Source: an uncultured Fidelibacterota bacterium
GTDB taxonomy: Bacteria; Fidelibacterota; Marinisomatia; Marinisomatales; UBA1611
Assembly (NCBI GenBank): GCA_913040915.1
Contig: CAJWHW010000008.1
Coordinates: 1,340 to 65,339, forward strand
Direction: 5' to 3'
Length of the DNA stretch: 64,000 nt
In this document: positions 37,633 through 47,533 of the stretch, piece by piece
Numbering within the stretch: position 1 is the first letter of the stretch
Layout of the letters: each line of letters begins with the position of its first letter
Translations under genes and position numbers: made by a program
The notes under the pieces: generated by a model
Database searches by the model: none
Told to the model about the DNA's origin: nothing
The model's input: only the letters and a program-made list of their open reading frames with translations

Positions 37633-39093
37633 TTAATTAGTAGTAATAAACGAAAGGAGCATGATAGCATCATAAAATGTTACAGAACCATCTTCATTAA
37701 AATCTGCGGGAGGTGTCGGCTCATAGCCAACTCCAAAAGACATATCTATGATATAGATTAAATCAAATAAATCCAAATTTGAATCAAAATTAACATCGCC
37801 AAGTGTGAAATTTGGGAATCCAGCTTCTTCTAAATAATTCATGGGATATTTTTGAGCTCGTGCAATAAAAGTCTGATTATTGCCATAATCATAACTCCAA
37901 ACAACTTCATGAGAAGGTGTAACCTCGATCATAGTTGCATCATCACAATCGGTCAAAAGCGTATTACCGTTTGGCAAACGAAAAGCCCCTCCTTGCATTT
38001 GTGTGTGAAAGTCACCTATATGGGTCCAGATAGGTTCTTCAGGCCCAAATGGCTGATCCGGATCTATATGGTATATTCCGTTTTCAGTTAATGGCGGAAC
38101 TATTTCTAAAACAGCCGATATATTAATACCATGATTATTATTAAATAAAATTAAATTTCCTGCACCTGGTGATCCACTCGGTATCCAATTAATACCATGC
38201 TGTGCTGCTAACTGGTGGTCTGAATCATTTCCTCGACCATAGGTCTGCGGATTACCCCAGCGGTAAAGATAATCACCACCCATTCCCGAATTACCGCCTG
38301 AATGACTTGCTGCTTCTTCTGTGGTCGTACTATGATCTATAATATAAATTTCATCATGGTGCCTGGATGAAATTGCAATTTGATCTAATTCTTCATTATA
38401 AGCCAATGCATTATAATGTTTCCAATCGCCATTAGGGCCTCCAGGACCTTGATTAATACCTGCATTTCCAAAATTAATATCTTGCAACTCTGGGTGGTCT
38501 GAAATCACACCATAATTGGGTAATTCAGGGTCTACATCTTGGATTAAATGATCCCAAATATGCCATTCCCAGACAATATTGACTGAATCAGAGCCAACTG
38601 GCTCAACCTCTAAAATTGCTTCTGCCCACATTTCATTCAGGGAATTATCAATAGATTGTCTTCCAACTGCATAAGCTTCTGTCGCTGTTTTCCTTTCCCA
38701 AAGGATAACCAGAATATTTCCGTTTGGTAGAGGTTCTACATCATGGTGATGTTGATAGGTATTATTTGCAAACTCGTAGGACCATAATAATTCACCATCC
38801 CAATTGTAAATAGAGACGCCACCTCCTACTCCGCCAGCACCCATGGAAGGATTTTGGACACGATAAGGATAAATCAATGTGCTATCTTTTCTTAGATATG
38901 CCATACTTGCAGCACCACGGGGATGATCCCAAGAATTAATAACATTTAAATCATTGTCAATTAAAAAAGTAGTGAAACCACCTCCATTTGCACCCTGCGT
39001 TGGCGAAAACAGCGTCATACCTTCAAATGCCTGGCTATAAACTGAAGATAAAAGAATAATAATAAAAAAAATAATTGTCTTTTGTTTATTCAT
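37633..39093 (-). CDS. Aryl-sulfate sulfotransferase (ASST) family protein with C-terminal dockerin-like domain
   Basis: Signal peptide; QHHDVEPLPNGN, VWEWH, DWKHYNA, ISSRH, QH, RLPNGNTL. Tail has GDVNFDSNLDLFD...ADFNEDGSVTFYD (paired EF-hand-like repeats). Confidence 0.85.
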   Translation of the reverse strand: MNKQKTIIFFIIILLSSVYSQAFEGMTLFSPTQGANGGGFTTFLIDNDLNVINSWDHPRGAASMAYLRKDSTLIYPYRVQNPSMGAGGVGGGVSIYNWDGELLWSYEFANNTYQHHHDVEPLPNGNILVILWERKTATEAYAVGRQSIDNSLNEMWAEAILEVEPVGSDSVNIVWEWHIWDHLIQDVDPELPNYGVISDHPELQDINFGNAGINQGPGGPNGDWKHYNALAYNEELDQIAISSRHHDEIYIIDHSTTTEEAASHSGGNSGMGGDYLYRWGNPQTYGRGNDSDHQLAAQHGINWIPSGSPGAGNLILFNNNHGINISAVLEIVPPLTENGIYHIDPDQPFGPEEPIWTHIGDFHTQMQGGAFRLPNGNTLLTDCDDATMIEVTPSHEVVWSYDYGNNQTFIARAQKYPMNYLEEAGFPNFTLGDVNFDSNLDLFDLIYIIDMSFGVGYEPTPPADFNEDGSVTFYDAIMLLSFITTN

Positions 39094-39219
39094 ATTGATC
39101 CATTTTTAATAATTTTTGATGAATAATTTAACTCTTAGATTCCAGTAGGGTTAAAACGTTAAATATTCTTTATCAATAATGCCATAACCTATTTCTTATC
39201 TAAGAAAATTCTAATTCAT

Positions 39220-40302
39220 GTGATGTTAAAACGAATCATCAAAGTTTACTATATTATTGGTAAAACTTTTGGGGTATGGATTGCGCCTATTTTTACAGGT
39301 CTAATAATAATTATTTTACGGATAGTTGTGGGAATATCAAGATTTGTTGACCACTTACTATTCTCAGCAATTCGAAAATCAATAACGGCACCAATCATTA
39401 TTGTGGGTAACCCACGTTCTGGTACTACATTTCTTCATCGATTTTTGATTAAACAAGGATTTGGTGTAGGAAGTCAACTTTGGCAGATGGTTTATCCATC
39501 TATATTTCTCCAAAAGATTTTAAAACCCTTTTTGCCAATTATGGAATTTTTTAGTCCTGCCCGCCATCATTCTACTGAAGCTCATAAAACAAGTTTATCT
39601 TCAATAGAAACAGATGATGTATCTCTCTTTTTTAGGTATTTTGATGGATTTTTTCTATACGGATTTTTTTTAACATTTGATGAAGAAGATCTATTTAATT
39701 GGATAGATCCAAAAGTTCAAGATACTACAATACGTGACTTTGCATGGTTCGAAGCACTTTGGCAAAGAAGCCTGATTTCAAATAAAGGGAAAAGATATAT
39801 TGGTAAATTATTTAGTTTGAGTGGGAATCTCCCAAAATTCCAAAAGAGATTCCCTGATGCAAAAGTCATTTACATGGTGCGTGATCCTTTAAGTGTTATC
39901 CCATCCGGGCTTAGTCTTGTTACAGGCGTTTTAGATAAAAAATTTAACTTTTGGTCCTTAGACCCAGAAATCAAAGTCCGATTTATTCAAAGATTATATA
40001 AAGCCCTAGTTGAATTATTAAATCGATTTCATGAAGATTGGATAGAGAATAAGATAGATAAGGAAAAAGTGCTGATCGTTCGTTTTGATAACATGATGTC
40101 CAATTTTGAATCTGTTATGGATGATATTATTTCATTTACAAATCAAGAAATAACGGATCTACTTTTAGAAAAAATTAAAACAACATCAGAAAGCCAGCGC
40201 GCATACAAAAGTAGGCACAAATATGATTTGCAAAAATTCGGACTAAGTGAAGATCAGATTAAAAAAGATTGCATACATATCTATGAAACATTCTTATCCT
40301 AA
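39220..40302 (+). CDS. PAPS-dependent sulfotransferase (Sulfotransfer_3-like)
   Basis: 5'-PSB loop IIVGNPRSGTTFLH, 3'-PB motif FPDAKVIYMVRDP...S, C-terminal HKYDLQKFGL; hydrophobic N-terminal segment. Confidence 0.88.
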   Translation: MMLKRIIKVYYIIGKTFGVWIAPIFTGLIIIILRIVVGISRFVDHLLFSAIRKSITAPIIIVGNPRSGTTFLHRFLIKQGFGVGSQLWQMVYPSIFLQKILKPFLPIMEFFSPARHHSTEAHKTSLSSIETDDVSLFFRYFDGFFLYGFFLTFDEEDLFNWIDPKVQDTTIRDFAWFEALWQRSLISNKGKRYIGKLFSLSGNLPKFQKRFPDAKVIYMVRDPLSVIPSGLSLVTGVLDKKFNFWSLDPEIKVRFIQRLYKALVELLNRFHEDWIENKIDKEKVLIVRFDNMMSNFESVMDDIISFTNQEITDLLLEKIKTTSESQRAYKSRHKYDLQKFGLSEDQIKKDCIHIYETFLS

Positions 40303-40305
40303 TTT

Positions 40306-40911
40306 ATGATTAAATATTTTTTCCAATTTATTTTAATTCACTATTCAATTCTCGCCTTGGATTTGCGAAAAATAGAATCCTTTACTAATTGGAAAAATCT
40401 ACAAAAGGGCACAATCACTGTTGATTGGTGTAACTATGAAGGGTATCCAGTCAGCCGAGCGGAAACCATACTGAATCATCCAATGGCTATGGTTGCAAAA
40501 GCCGTTGAGGATGTTGACCAATATCCGAAAATTTTCAATCGTGTTACAAAAACAAACCGCTTGGGAAAAGACGTAGTTCAAATTGTATTGGATATGCCAT
40601 TTCCCTTCGATGGACGAGATTACATCGTAAATTACAAAATTAAAAATTCTGCAAATGAGTATACTTTAGTGTTTTCAGCTATTGAACATCCCTTGGGGAA
40701 ATTGGAACCCAATCATGTAAGGCTTCCAAATGCCGCAGGTATCTGGATATTAAAAAAATTGAATGAAAACCAAACTAAAATAATCTATGGTTGGAATGGA
40801 GAGCTATTAGGGAATTTTCCTGATTTTGGACTCACTAAGGCATGGGTGATGCAGGGAACTGAAGTCTTAAATTGGCTGGATGAGGCCCTGAATAAAAGGA
40901 AAAATTCATGA
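40306..40911 (+). CDS. START/SRPBCC lipid-binding domain protein with signal peptide
   Basis: LDMPFPFDGRDYI and HVR...GIWIL pattern typical of START domains; N-terminal MIKYFFQFILIHYSILA. Confidence 0.7.
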   Translation: MIKYFFQFILIHYSILALDLRKIESFTNWKNLQKGTITVDWCNYEGYPVSRAETILNHPMAMVAKAVEDVDQYPKIFNRVTKTNRLGKDVVQIVLDMPFPFDGRDYIVNYKIKNSANEYTLVFSAIEHPLGKLEPNHVRLPNAAGIWILKKLNENQTKIIYGWNGELLGNFPDFGLTKAWVMQGTEVLNWLDEALNKRKNS

Positions 40912-42335
40912 AAAATTTTATTCTTCTGTCCTCAATTTCAATATTGTTTTCAGATGAGCTAACATTTCAATTCAATGGATTCGTGGATTTTGCAAATATA
41001 TCTCGTTTATCTGATAATTCACTAATTGATATACCTTACAGAATAGGCTCATTGAATTTTTCACAACATTCCAATAATATTTCATTAAATGGAAACTTCT
41101 CATTAGAATATCAAATTCGGAGTGACACCTATTTTTTAGAATCAAAGGATCCTCAGGATTTTAGATGGGACATGCGGGAATTATATGGTACAATCTCCAG
41201 TGACCAGTTTGAATTTAGATTTGGAAAACAAATCCACTCCTGGGGAAGTGTTGATGTGAATAGTCCAGTAGATAATGCCAGCGCATTTGATTATTATTAT
41301 ATCTTCTTCCTTGGGCAGGAAAGGAAAATGGCTACTTTTTCTACTATTATCGATTATTATATCGGCAATTTAAAAATGAATATTGTTTTTTCCCCAATAC
41401 ATACTACAAATCGTATTCCGCTTGGTGATGATGAATTTCCAATCACCTTACCAATTTATCCTAAAGAAAGCCAAATATTACCGATTTCAAAACTCCCATT
41501 GGAGAGTGGGTTTCATGGGACATATTCATTTGGGTTAGGTGATATTTCTGCATCTTACTTTTCAGGTTATGATCGAGTGTTTAATTTTACAGGTGTTAAT
41601 GTTTATAGTAATAATAGCCAAACTATTTTTTCACCTCCTGATTTAGTATTTGGATATAGAAAAACAAATGTTTTCGGTTTTGGATTCACTTTTTTGAATC
41701 CAAGTTTTATCCTAAGAGTAGACACTGGTCATTTCAAAACTAAAGATTTAAATGATATAATTGAACGTCCCTACTCTAACTCAGCCTTAGCAACTATTTA
41801 TGATACTTTAGTTTTTAGTTATCCACTTAAAGAGAGAGCAAGCTATAGACAATCTACCATCCAAATTGAAACTGAACTTCCATTCAAGATTAATTTTATC
41901 GGTCAAATATTCATCCATGAAAAATCATCCTTCTCATCAGATACTCTGCCAGATGTGGAAATTGATATCCCAGGATTTGAATATGATCCGGAAACTATGA
42001 CACCTGAAAATTTTTTTACACCGGGTATGGGAGTCCCATTAGCTATTTTGACTGAAAAAGCAGCAATTTTTGTTATTTATAGAACATTATTTGATGAACA
42101 ATTGAAACTATCTATGACATCCATGCTTGATTTAAAAGAATATCAAGGAGTTTCAGGAATTCCCGGGAATTTGACCGAATACAAGTTGGAATATAATATT
42201 ACGCAAGATCTACTTGGCCTTTTAGGTGTTACAAAAGTTCAGGGATCAGATGACCATCCCGAAGGTGAAGAATACCAATTCAATTCGATGGAAGATTTTT
42301 CTCATTTAAGATTTGAATTAAAATATTATTTCTAA
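40908..42335 (+). CDS. Outer-membrane beta-barrel protein, copy B (paralog of 32605-33813)
   Basis: Shares RLSD, GKQIH.WG.VD, DYYY.F.LG.ERK, PGMG.P and MEDFSH....LKY.F with copy A. Confidence 0.72.
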   Translation: MKNFILLSSISILFSDELTFQFNGFVDFANISRLSDNSLIDIPYRIGSLNFSQHSNNISLNGNFSLEYQIRSDTYFLESKDPQDFRWDMRELYGTISSDQFEFRFGKQIHSWGSVDVNSPVDNASAFDYYYIFFLGQERKMATFSTIIDYYIGNLKMNIVFSPIHTTNRIPLGDDEFPITLPIYPKESQILPISKLPLESGFHGTYSFGLGDISASYFSGYDRVFNFTGVNVYSNNSQTIFSPPDLVFGYRKTNVFGFGFTFLNPSFILRVDTGHFKTKDLNDIIERPYSNSALATIYDTLVFSYPLKERASYRQSTIQIETELPFKINFIGQIFIHEKSSFSSDTLPDVEIDIPGFEYDPETMTPENFFTPGMGVPLAILTEKAAIFVIYRTLFDEQLKLSMTSMLDLKEYQGVSGIPGNLTEYKLEYNITQDLLGLLGVTKVQGSDDHPEGEEYQFNSMEDFSHLRFELKYYF

Positions 42336-42347
42336 AAAGAAAATTTA

Positions 42348-43313
42348 TTGAAAATAAAAATTACAGGGGTAGGGCTCTATCTCCCTCCAAAAATAGAAAC
42401 TGCAGCAGATATTTCGGAGAAAATTGGAAAATCTGTTGATTGGATCATTGAAAAAACTGGAGTGATTGAGCGACGGGTATCCGAAATAGATGTTGACCAA
42501 ATGGGAGCATTAGCCGCAAAGAATGCTTTAGGAAAGGGCGGAAAACCCGACTTAATCATAAATGCTTCCGGTGTACCAAAACAAACCATACCTGATACAG
42601 CTGCATTCTACCAAAAAGAACTTGGTTATAAAGGAATTCCATCTTTCAGTATTCATTGTACCTGCCTATCTTTTATTACAGCCTTACACACAGCAGCTTC
42701 ACTGATACATTCCCGTTCCTATAAACGTATACTAATTATTTCTTCAGACCGTGGAACGATAGGAAGAAATTTTAACGAACCGGAAAGTGCATCGCTTTTA
42801 GGTGATGGGGCTGCTGCCGTAGTAGTGGAACGAACGTTAAAAGATGAAACCGGTAAACTCATTTACTTTGATATGAAAACCTTTCCTAAATATGCTAATC
42901 TAACTGAGGTTCGAGGGGGAGGTACAAATAAGCATCCACAGGACCCAGAAACAACACTAGCAGACAATTTGTTTACCATGAATGGACCTGCAGTATATAA
43001 AATCGCCAGAAAAGAAGTATATCGAATGATGCTAAAAACAATGAAAGAAACAGAGTTAAAAAGAGAAAATGTGGATTGGATAATTCCACATCAAGCTTCC
43101 GGCAAGGCAGTAGATGCCTATATTTTAGCAGGTGGATTTTCCGAACAAAAGGTGGTAAATATAATTACAAAATTTGGAAATTGCGTAGCTGCTTCTGTAC
43201 CTATGGCTTTTGCAACTGCGGTAGAAGATGGACGTATAAAACGTGGTGATCTTATATTGTTTATTGGAACAGGTGCTGGTTTGAGTGTAGCGTGTGCTTT
43301 AATACGATATTAA
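42348..43313 (+). CDS. Ketoacyl synthase III-like condensing enzyme (FabH-like, PHQAS type)
   Basis: Intact Cys-His-Asn triad: CTCLSF, IIPHQAS, FGNCVAASVP; also LLGDGAAA and GTGAG. TTG start. Confidence 0.9.
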   Translation: MKIKITGVGLYLPPKIETAADISEKIGKSVDWIIEKTGVIERRVSEIDVDQMGALAAKNALGKGGKPDLIINASGVPKQTIPDTAAFYQKELGYKGIPSFSIHCTCLSFITALHTAASLIHSRSYKRILIISSDRGTIGRNFNEPESASLLGDGAAAVVVERTLKDETGKLIYFDMKTFPKYANLTEVRGGGTNKHPQDPETTLADNLFTMNGPAVYKIARKEVYRMMLKTMKETELKRENVDWIIPHQASGKAVDAYILAGGFSEQKVVNIITKFGNCVAASVPMAFATAVEDGRIKRGDLILFIGTGAGLSVACALIRY

Positions 43314-44378
43314 TTACTTTACCAGAATTAATTTTTTGATCTCCATATCAATCCCATCATTAATCTTTAAAAAATATAAGCCAGATGAATATTCAGATCC
43401 ATCCCAGTGGATTTGATACTTGCCAGTTTTATATATTCTATTTTTTGAAATAACATCTACTTCATTTCCCAGCAAATCAAATATGCTGATAAATAATCTC
43501 CGATCATATGGAATAAACAGATCAAGTATTACCTTATGATTAAATGGATTTGGATAAGGCTGCGAAAGTTTATACTGATAAGGCAAGCCATTTTTAATTA
43601 GTGAAACATTTTCACACTCTTGTGGTGTATAAACAGGAAATGAATAATAAAATTGATCCAGACTCAATTCAAAATGTTCACTTTCCACTATACAGGAATC
43701 TATATTCTCACACAGTATATTTCCCCCAATGGCAAAAAAAGGATAACCACCATTGTCATTATTGTCCCAATCCAAATTCATATCACAAAAACAGTTTGGT
43801 AGTGATTCAAGATTATTATTAAATAACCAGAGATAGATTAGGTTATTCAAGTTGCAAATCGATTCTGGTAAACTCCCTATTTTATTATATCCCAGATCTA
43901 GAAAATATAAACCATCTAAATTCCCAAGACTGTCAGGTAGATTTTCTAAAATATTATTATTCATATGAAAAGATTGTAGACCAATCATATCAGAAAAAGT
44001 TTCAGGCAATGTTGAAATTCTATTCCATTCAAGATAAAGAGAAGCAAGACTTGTCCAATTCCCAATATTTTCAGGCAAAACAAAAATTGTATCATTAACA
44101 CCTGAACTGTTTCCATAATTTCCAGCAACTAAAAATCTAAGTCGACCATTAAACCAAGTCTGAGTCCCTAATGCTAATGGAGAATCATACTCTAGGTTAT
44201 TTTTTATGATAATAGAATCCAGTACTTCAACATCTGAATCATAAAAGCATGTATCACCAGCAAGGATTGTTACGTTCAAAGGTAAATTGGGATAATAAGT
44301 ATAAGCACTGTCACATTGTCCAGTTAAACTTTGAGTAACGAAGGATATTATAAATGAAATGGTGATCTTTTTAATCAT
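43314..44378 (-). CDS. Leucine-rich-repeat secreted protein with C-terminal sorting (T9SS-A/FlgD-like) domain
   Basis: LRRs LYLEWNRISTLPE, FHMNNNILENLPD, LDLGYNKIGSLPE, LWLFNNNLESLP; tail PYPNPFN...SSGLYFL...KKLILVK. Confidence 0.85.
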   Translation of the reverse strand: MIKKITISFIISFVTQSLTGQCDSAYTYYPNLPLNVTILAGDTCFYDSDVEVLDSIIIKNNLEYDSPLALGTQTWFNGRLRFLVAGNYGNSSGVNDTIFVLPENIGNWTSLASLYLEWNRISTLPETFSDMIGLQSFHMNNNILENLPDSLGNLDGLYFLDLGYNKIGSLPESICNLNNLIYLWLFNNNLESLPNCFCDMNLDWDNNDNGGYPFFAIGGNILCENIDSCIVESEHFELSLDQFYYSFPVYTPQECENVSLIKNGLPYQYKLSQPYPNPFNHKVILDLFIPYDRRLFISIFDLLGNEVDVISKNRIYKTGKYQIHWDGSEYSSGLYFLKINDGIDMEIKKLILVK

Positions 44379-46471
44379 TTTATTAGAATGACTTTACGTG
44401 TTTGCGACTGATTTCCACATGTTAAATGAATGAAGTATATACCAGAAGGTTGATTTACAGCATTCCATGTATATGAGTAATGGTTTGATGATAGATTATC
44501 ATTCAATATTGATTTGATAACCTGTCCTGATATGTTAAATACTTCCAGTGAATTTCTTTGTTGAGGTTCTAAAATATCAAATTGAATTGTTGTTACTGGA
44601 TTGAAAGGGTTTGGAAAAGGTTCATATAATTGGAATACTGCAGTTATCGTTCCACCTTCATTTCCTAATAAATTCGAGTGTCCTTCAATTTGAATTAGCT
44701 TTTGATTCTCAGGATGATGAATAGGTGTAATAATAAGTTCAATATTATTTATATCATCTGATTCCGGAATCTCTCCTGTAAATGAAAGTGTCTGGGTTGC
44801 ATCTGGTGAAAGTGTAATTATCTCTTCTGATGATTCAAACCAACCTGCTTGATCAGTAAAAGTATATTGATATTCAACCTCATATGGTCCTTCATTTATT
44901 AACTCAAAAGTTATTAAAGACGATCCCGGGTTTAAATAAACACCCGACTGTCCATTAAAATCTGTCAAGTCACTAACTATAACGCTAAAGGCAGCAGGAA
45001 ATATTCCCGGAATACGATGGGCTCGGTAAACCGCACCATTAGGAAGACTTAAATTATAATTTGCTTCCCAAACTATTTGCCCATTAGTATTAACCTCAAG
45101 GCTTCGCCCACCACCTCCTATGGTAGTAACCAATACATTTCCATTTTGAAGTTTTTGGGCATTCCCGGAAGCAAAACCAAATAGATCATTTGGCAAGTCA
45201 TAAGTCCAAACCAATTCTGCATTATTTGCATTTACTGAAATTTCAATCGCCCTGGACTGAGGATCATTAGTATTTCTGAAAATTTCAGATAGATTTCCAT
45301 TGTCAAAGGTAAGAAGATTACCATTATCTAAAATTTGTACACTATGTTGGAAACTAAACCCTATATCTGTTCCAAGAGTTACATCCCCGGAAGGCATATC
45401 ATGTCCCAAATTCCAAATGATGTTACCAGAAGGATAATCAATTTTTGTGATCCGGGATAAATGACGCGTAGATATGTAAATTGCATTTTCAGATTCTTCA
45501 AATATTACCGCATTTACATGTGTCCAGTCATAATGCAAATCAACATAAGCTTGATTCCAGGTGCCTCCATATTGATCAAAATCGATCATATTAAAATGAT
45601 CGAACACATTCCATTCCCACACTACATCACCAGTCTCAGCATCCCATTCAACTAGTTTATCACCGATCCATGGAAATTCGATTGTTACACCATCAGCTTG
45701 AAAACCAAGCCCTTGGAATAAATAAGTCCAGTCTCCTATTGGTATATAGCCAAGTGAACTCGTTTCAATAATTCCAAGATAATTTCCATTAGGTAATTGA
45801 ATTAAATCATGGTGCAAGAATTCATTATTGGGTTCCTCCCAAATAGTTTCACCTAGAAATGTGAATTCCTTGCCGGGTAAATTATTCTCTGTTCCAGAAG
45901 CCAAAGAGCAGCCAAATACATCACCACTTTCACTCGTACTGTAATAAACTAAATTCTCAGCTCCCGAATTCCATATCTCTTTCCCTGTCTTATCTACTGC
46001 AGCTGAAAAATAATTAAAGAAGGCTCCAAAAACAGTGATTCCATCCTGAATTAGGTTTTCATTGATAATAGTAGTGGTAGTCTCAGAAATAGGTGACCCT
46101 GTAGAAAAATTATATGCTGGACTCCAATCTCCTGTCATATTTGACACATTAAGCGGACGGATGCGCCAGTGATAGGTTTTATCCCATTCCAAATCATTCT
46201 TTTCAATATAGATTAAAGAATAATCAATAACCTGCACTACTATACTTGAAAAACTGGGATTTTCTGAAACTTGTAACTCATACCCTATTGCTTCCGGAAT
46301 TTGTTTCCATTCAAATATCACATGGAGATGGTTTAATTCTGAATTGTTTTCTGGAAGAATCAATCCTGCAAATAAATACTGAACCCAAAAAATTATTAAC
46401 CTAAGATAGTTTTTATAAAATTTCAAAATTATTAATATAAAGATGTAATGAATTAAAAATAAATTAATCAA
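44375..46471 (-). CDS. Aryl-sulfate sulfotransferase (ASST) family protein with N-terminal Fn3-like and C-terminal sorting domains
   Basis: LHHDLIQLPNGN, VWEWN, DWTHVNAV, ISTRH, FSFQH, FDNG, YRA. N-terminus YELQVS...YHWRIR; tail PFPNPFNP...PSGIYF. The true start may be the TTG near 46426. Confidence 0.85.
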   Translation of the reverse strand: MINLFLIHYIFILIILKFYKNYLRLIIFWVQYLFAGLILPENNSELNHLHVIFEWKQIPEAIGYELQVSENPSFSSIVVQVIDYSLIYIEKNDLEWDKTYHWRIRPLNVSNMTGDWSPAYNFSTGSPISETTTTIINENLIQDGITVFGAFFNYFSAAVDKTGKEIWNSGAENLVYYSTSESGDVFGCSLASGTENNLPGKEFTFLGETIWEEPNNEFLHHDLIQLPNGNYLGIIETSSLGYIPIGDWTYLFQGLGFQADGVTIEFPWIGDKLVEWDAETGDVVWEWNVFDHFNMIDFDQYGGTWNQAYVDLHYDWTHVNAVIFEESENAIYISTRHLSRITKIDYPSGNIIWNLGHDMPSGDVTLGTDIGFSFQHSVQILDNGNLLTFDNGNLSEIFRNTNDPQSRAIEISVNANNAELVWTYDLPNDLFGFASGNAQKLQNGNVLVTTIGGGGRSLEVNTNGQIVWEANYNLSLPNGAVYRAHRIPGIFPAAFSVIVSDLTDFNGQSGVYLNPGSSLITFELINEGPYEVEYQYTFTDQAGWFESSEEIITLSPDATQTLSFTGEIPESDDINNIELIITPIHHPENQKLIQIEGHSNLLGNEGGTITAVFQLYEPFPNPFNPVTTIQFDILEPQQRNSLEVFNISGQVIKSILNDNLSSNHYSYTWNAVNQPSGIYFIHLTCGNQSQTRKVILIK

Positions 46472-47238
46472 ATTTTTATTAAGAAAGATTCTGAGAAAAT
46501 CTCATCTCTAAGGCCAATGTCTGGCTTGAAAGATTGAATCACCATGATAGTTTTATTCCCATTTTGATTCGTCATTATCATCCTAAATGGTGTTATAAAA
46601 TTATTTTCTTCAACAAATTTGTCAAGGATTAGAGTTTTTTCCTTATTGGATTCACTAGAATAAAACTCAATCTTAATTATTTGCCATTTTTTTGTGCTTA
46701 CCCATAGTTTCCTCGCAAAATAAGAACTTGCTTTTTTCGGCCAAGCCATTATTACTTTACATTGACTACCTTGAAAATGTTCTGTACCTAGAAGGGACAA
46801 ACTATCAAGACCTAATTTTCGACTTTCAAGATCTTCATAAATAAAATCAGTACCCATGAAAGATTTTGTTTTTTCTTTAGCTTTAACTCGCTTTGCAGTT
46901 TTTAATTTTGGTAAGAAAAACCATTGATCAGTTTTCCCATTACTATATACCCAACTCAACAGGCCCGTATCCTTAATTTTTAGTGGTTTATGGAACCGAA
47001 CTAAGGATTTAGACTGAAATTTCCCTGATGAATAATTTTTATTGAAACGAGTGAATTCCCTAACCTTGATTTTTTCCTTTCCATGTTTTATTCGAACAAT
47101 CTCAAGTTTAATCTCTGTTATTGATGAATTTGGTTTAGGTGCATCATATACCATTTTCATAATTTCCTCAGCGGTGTATTCTTGAGCAAAGACTTGAATG
47201 CCAAGCATAGAAAAAAACATAAAATTAATTTTCATCAT
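46468..47238 (-). CDS. LolA-like outer membrane lipoprotein-sorting protein, copy B
   Basis: Signal peptide; QWFFLPKLKTAKRV and FMGTDFIYEDLESR, matching copy A. Confidence 0.85.
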   Translation of the reverse strand: MMKINFMFFSMLGIQVFAQEYTAEEIMKMVYDAPKPNSSITEIKLEIVRIKHGKEKIKVREFTRFNKNYSSGKFQSKSLVRFHKPLKIKDTGLLSWVYSNGKTDQWFFLPKLKTAKRVKAKEKTKSFMGTDFIYEDLESRKLGLDSLSLLGTEHFQGSQCKVIMAWPKKASSYFARKLWVSTKKWQIIKIEFYSSESNKEKTLILDKFVEENNFITPFRMIMTNQNGNKTIMVIQSFKPDIGLRDEIFSESFLIKI

Positions 47239-47533
47239 TATGTCTTATAAAAAGTAGTGATATAGGAGTGAATAATATTGCTAATATAGAACAAATTAAA
47301 TAATCCTTCTGATATCTTAGTTCAAAATAACCTGCGACTTGAAGACAAATAAAAACATATCCAATAAAAATAATATCAAAATAATGATTTAAAAGATATG
47401 TAAAAATTTCTCCAGTTGTCCAATTCTTAAATGTATCGATAGTTTCAGCCGAGCCTAGTCCGTAAATAATTAAGAGGCAACTAATAAGCAAAAGCATGCC
47501 ACTAAGCATCTTATCTTGTTTTACAGTCTTCAT
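47225..47533 (-). CDS. Small membrane protein (about 3 TM)
   Basis: Three hydrophobic segments; overlaps both neighbours in an operon-like way. Confidence 0.6.
   Translation of the reverse strand: MKTVKQDKMLSGMLLLISCLLIIYGLGSAETIDTFKNWTTGEIFTYLLNHYFDIIFIGYVFICLQVAGYFELRYQKDYLICSILAILFTPISLLFIRHNDEN

Noticed and set aside
42348-43313. Housekeeping fabH, or a true type III PKS
   Set aside because: There is no plsX/fabD/acpP context, and PHQAS/GNCVAAS differ from canonical FabH. It also lacks the HPGG motif of chalcone-synthase-like PKSs. Left as KAS III-like.
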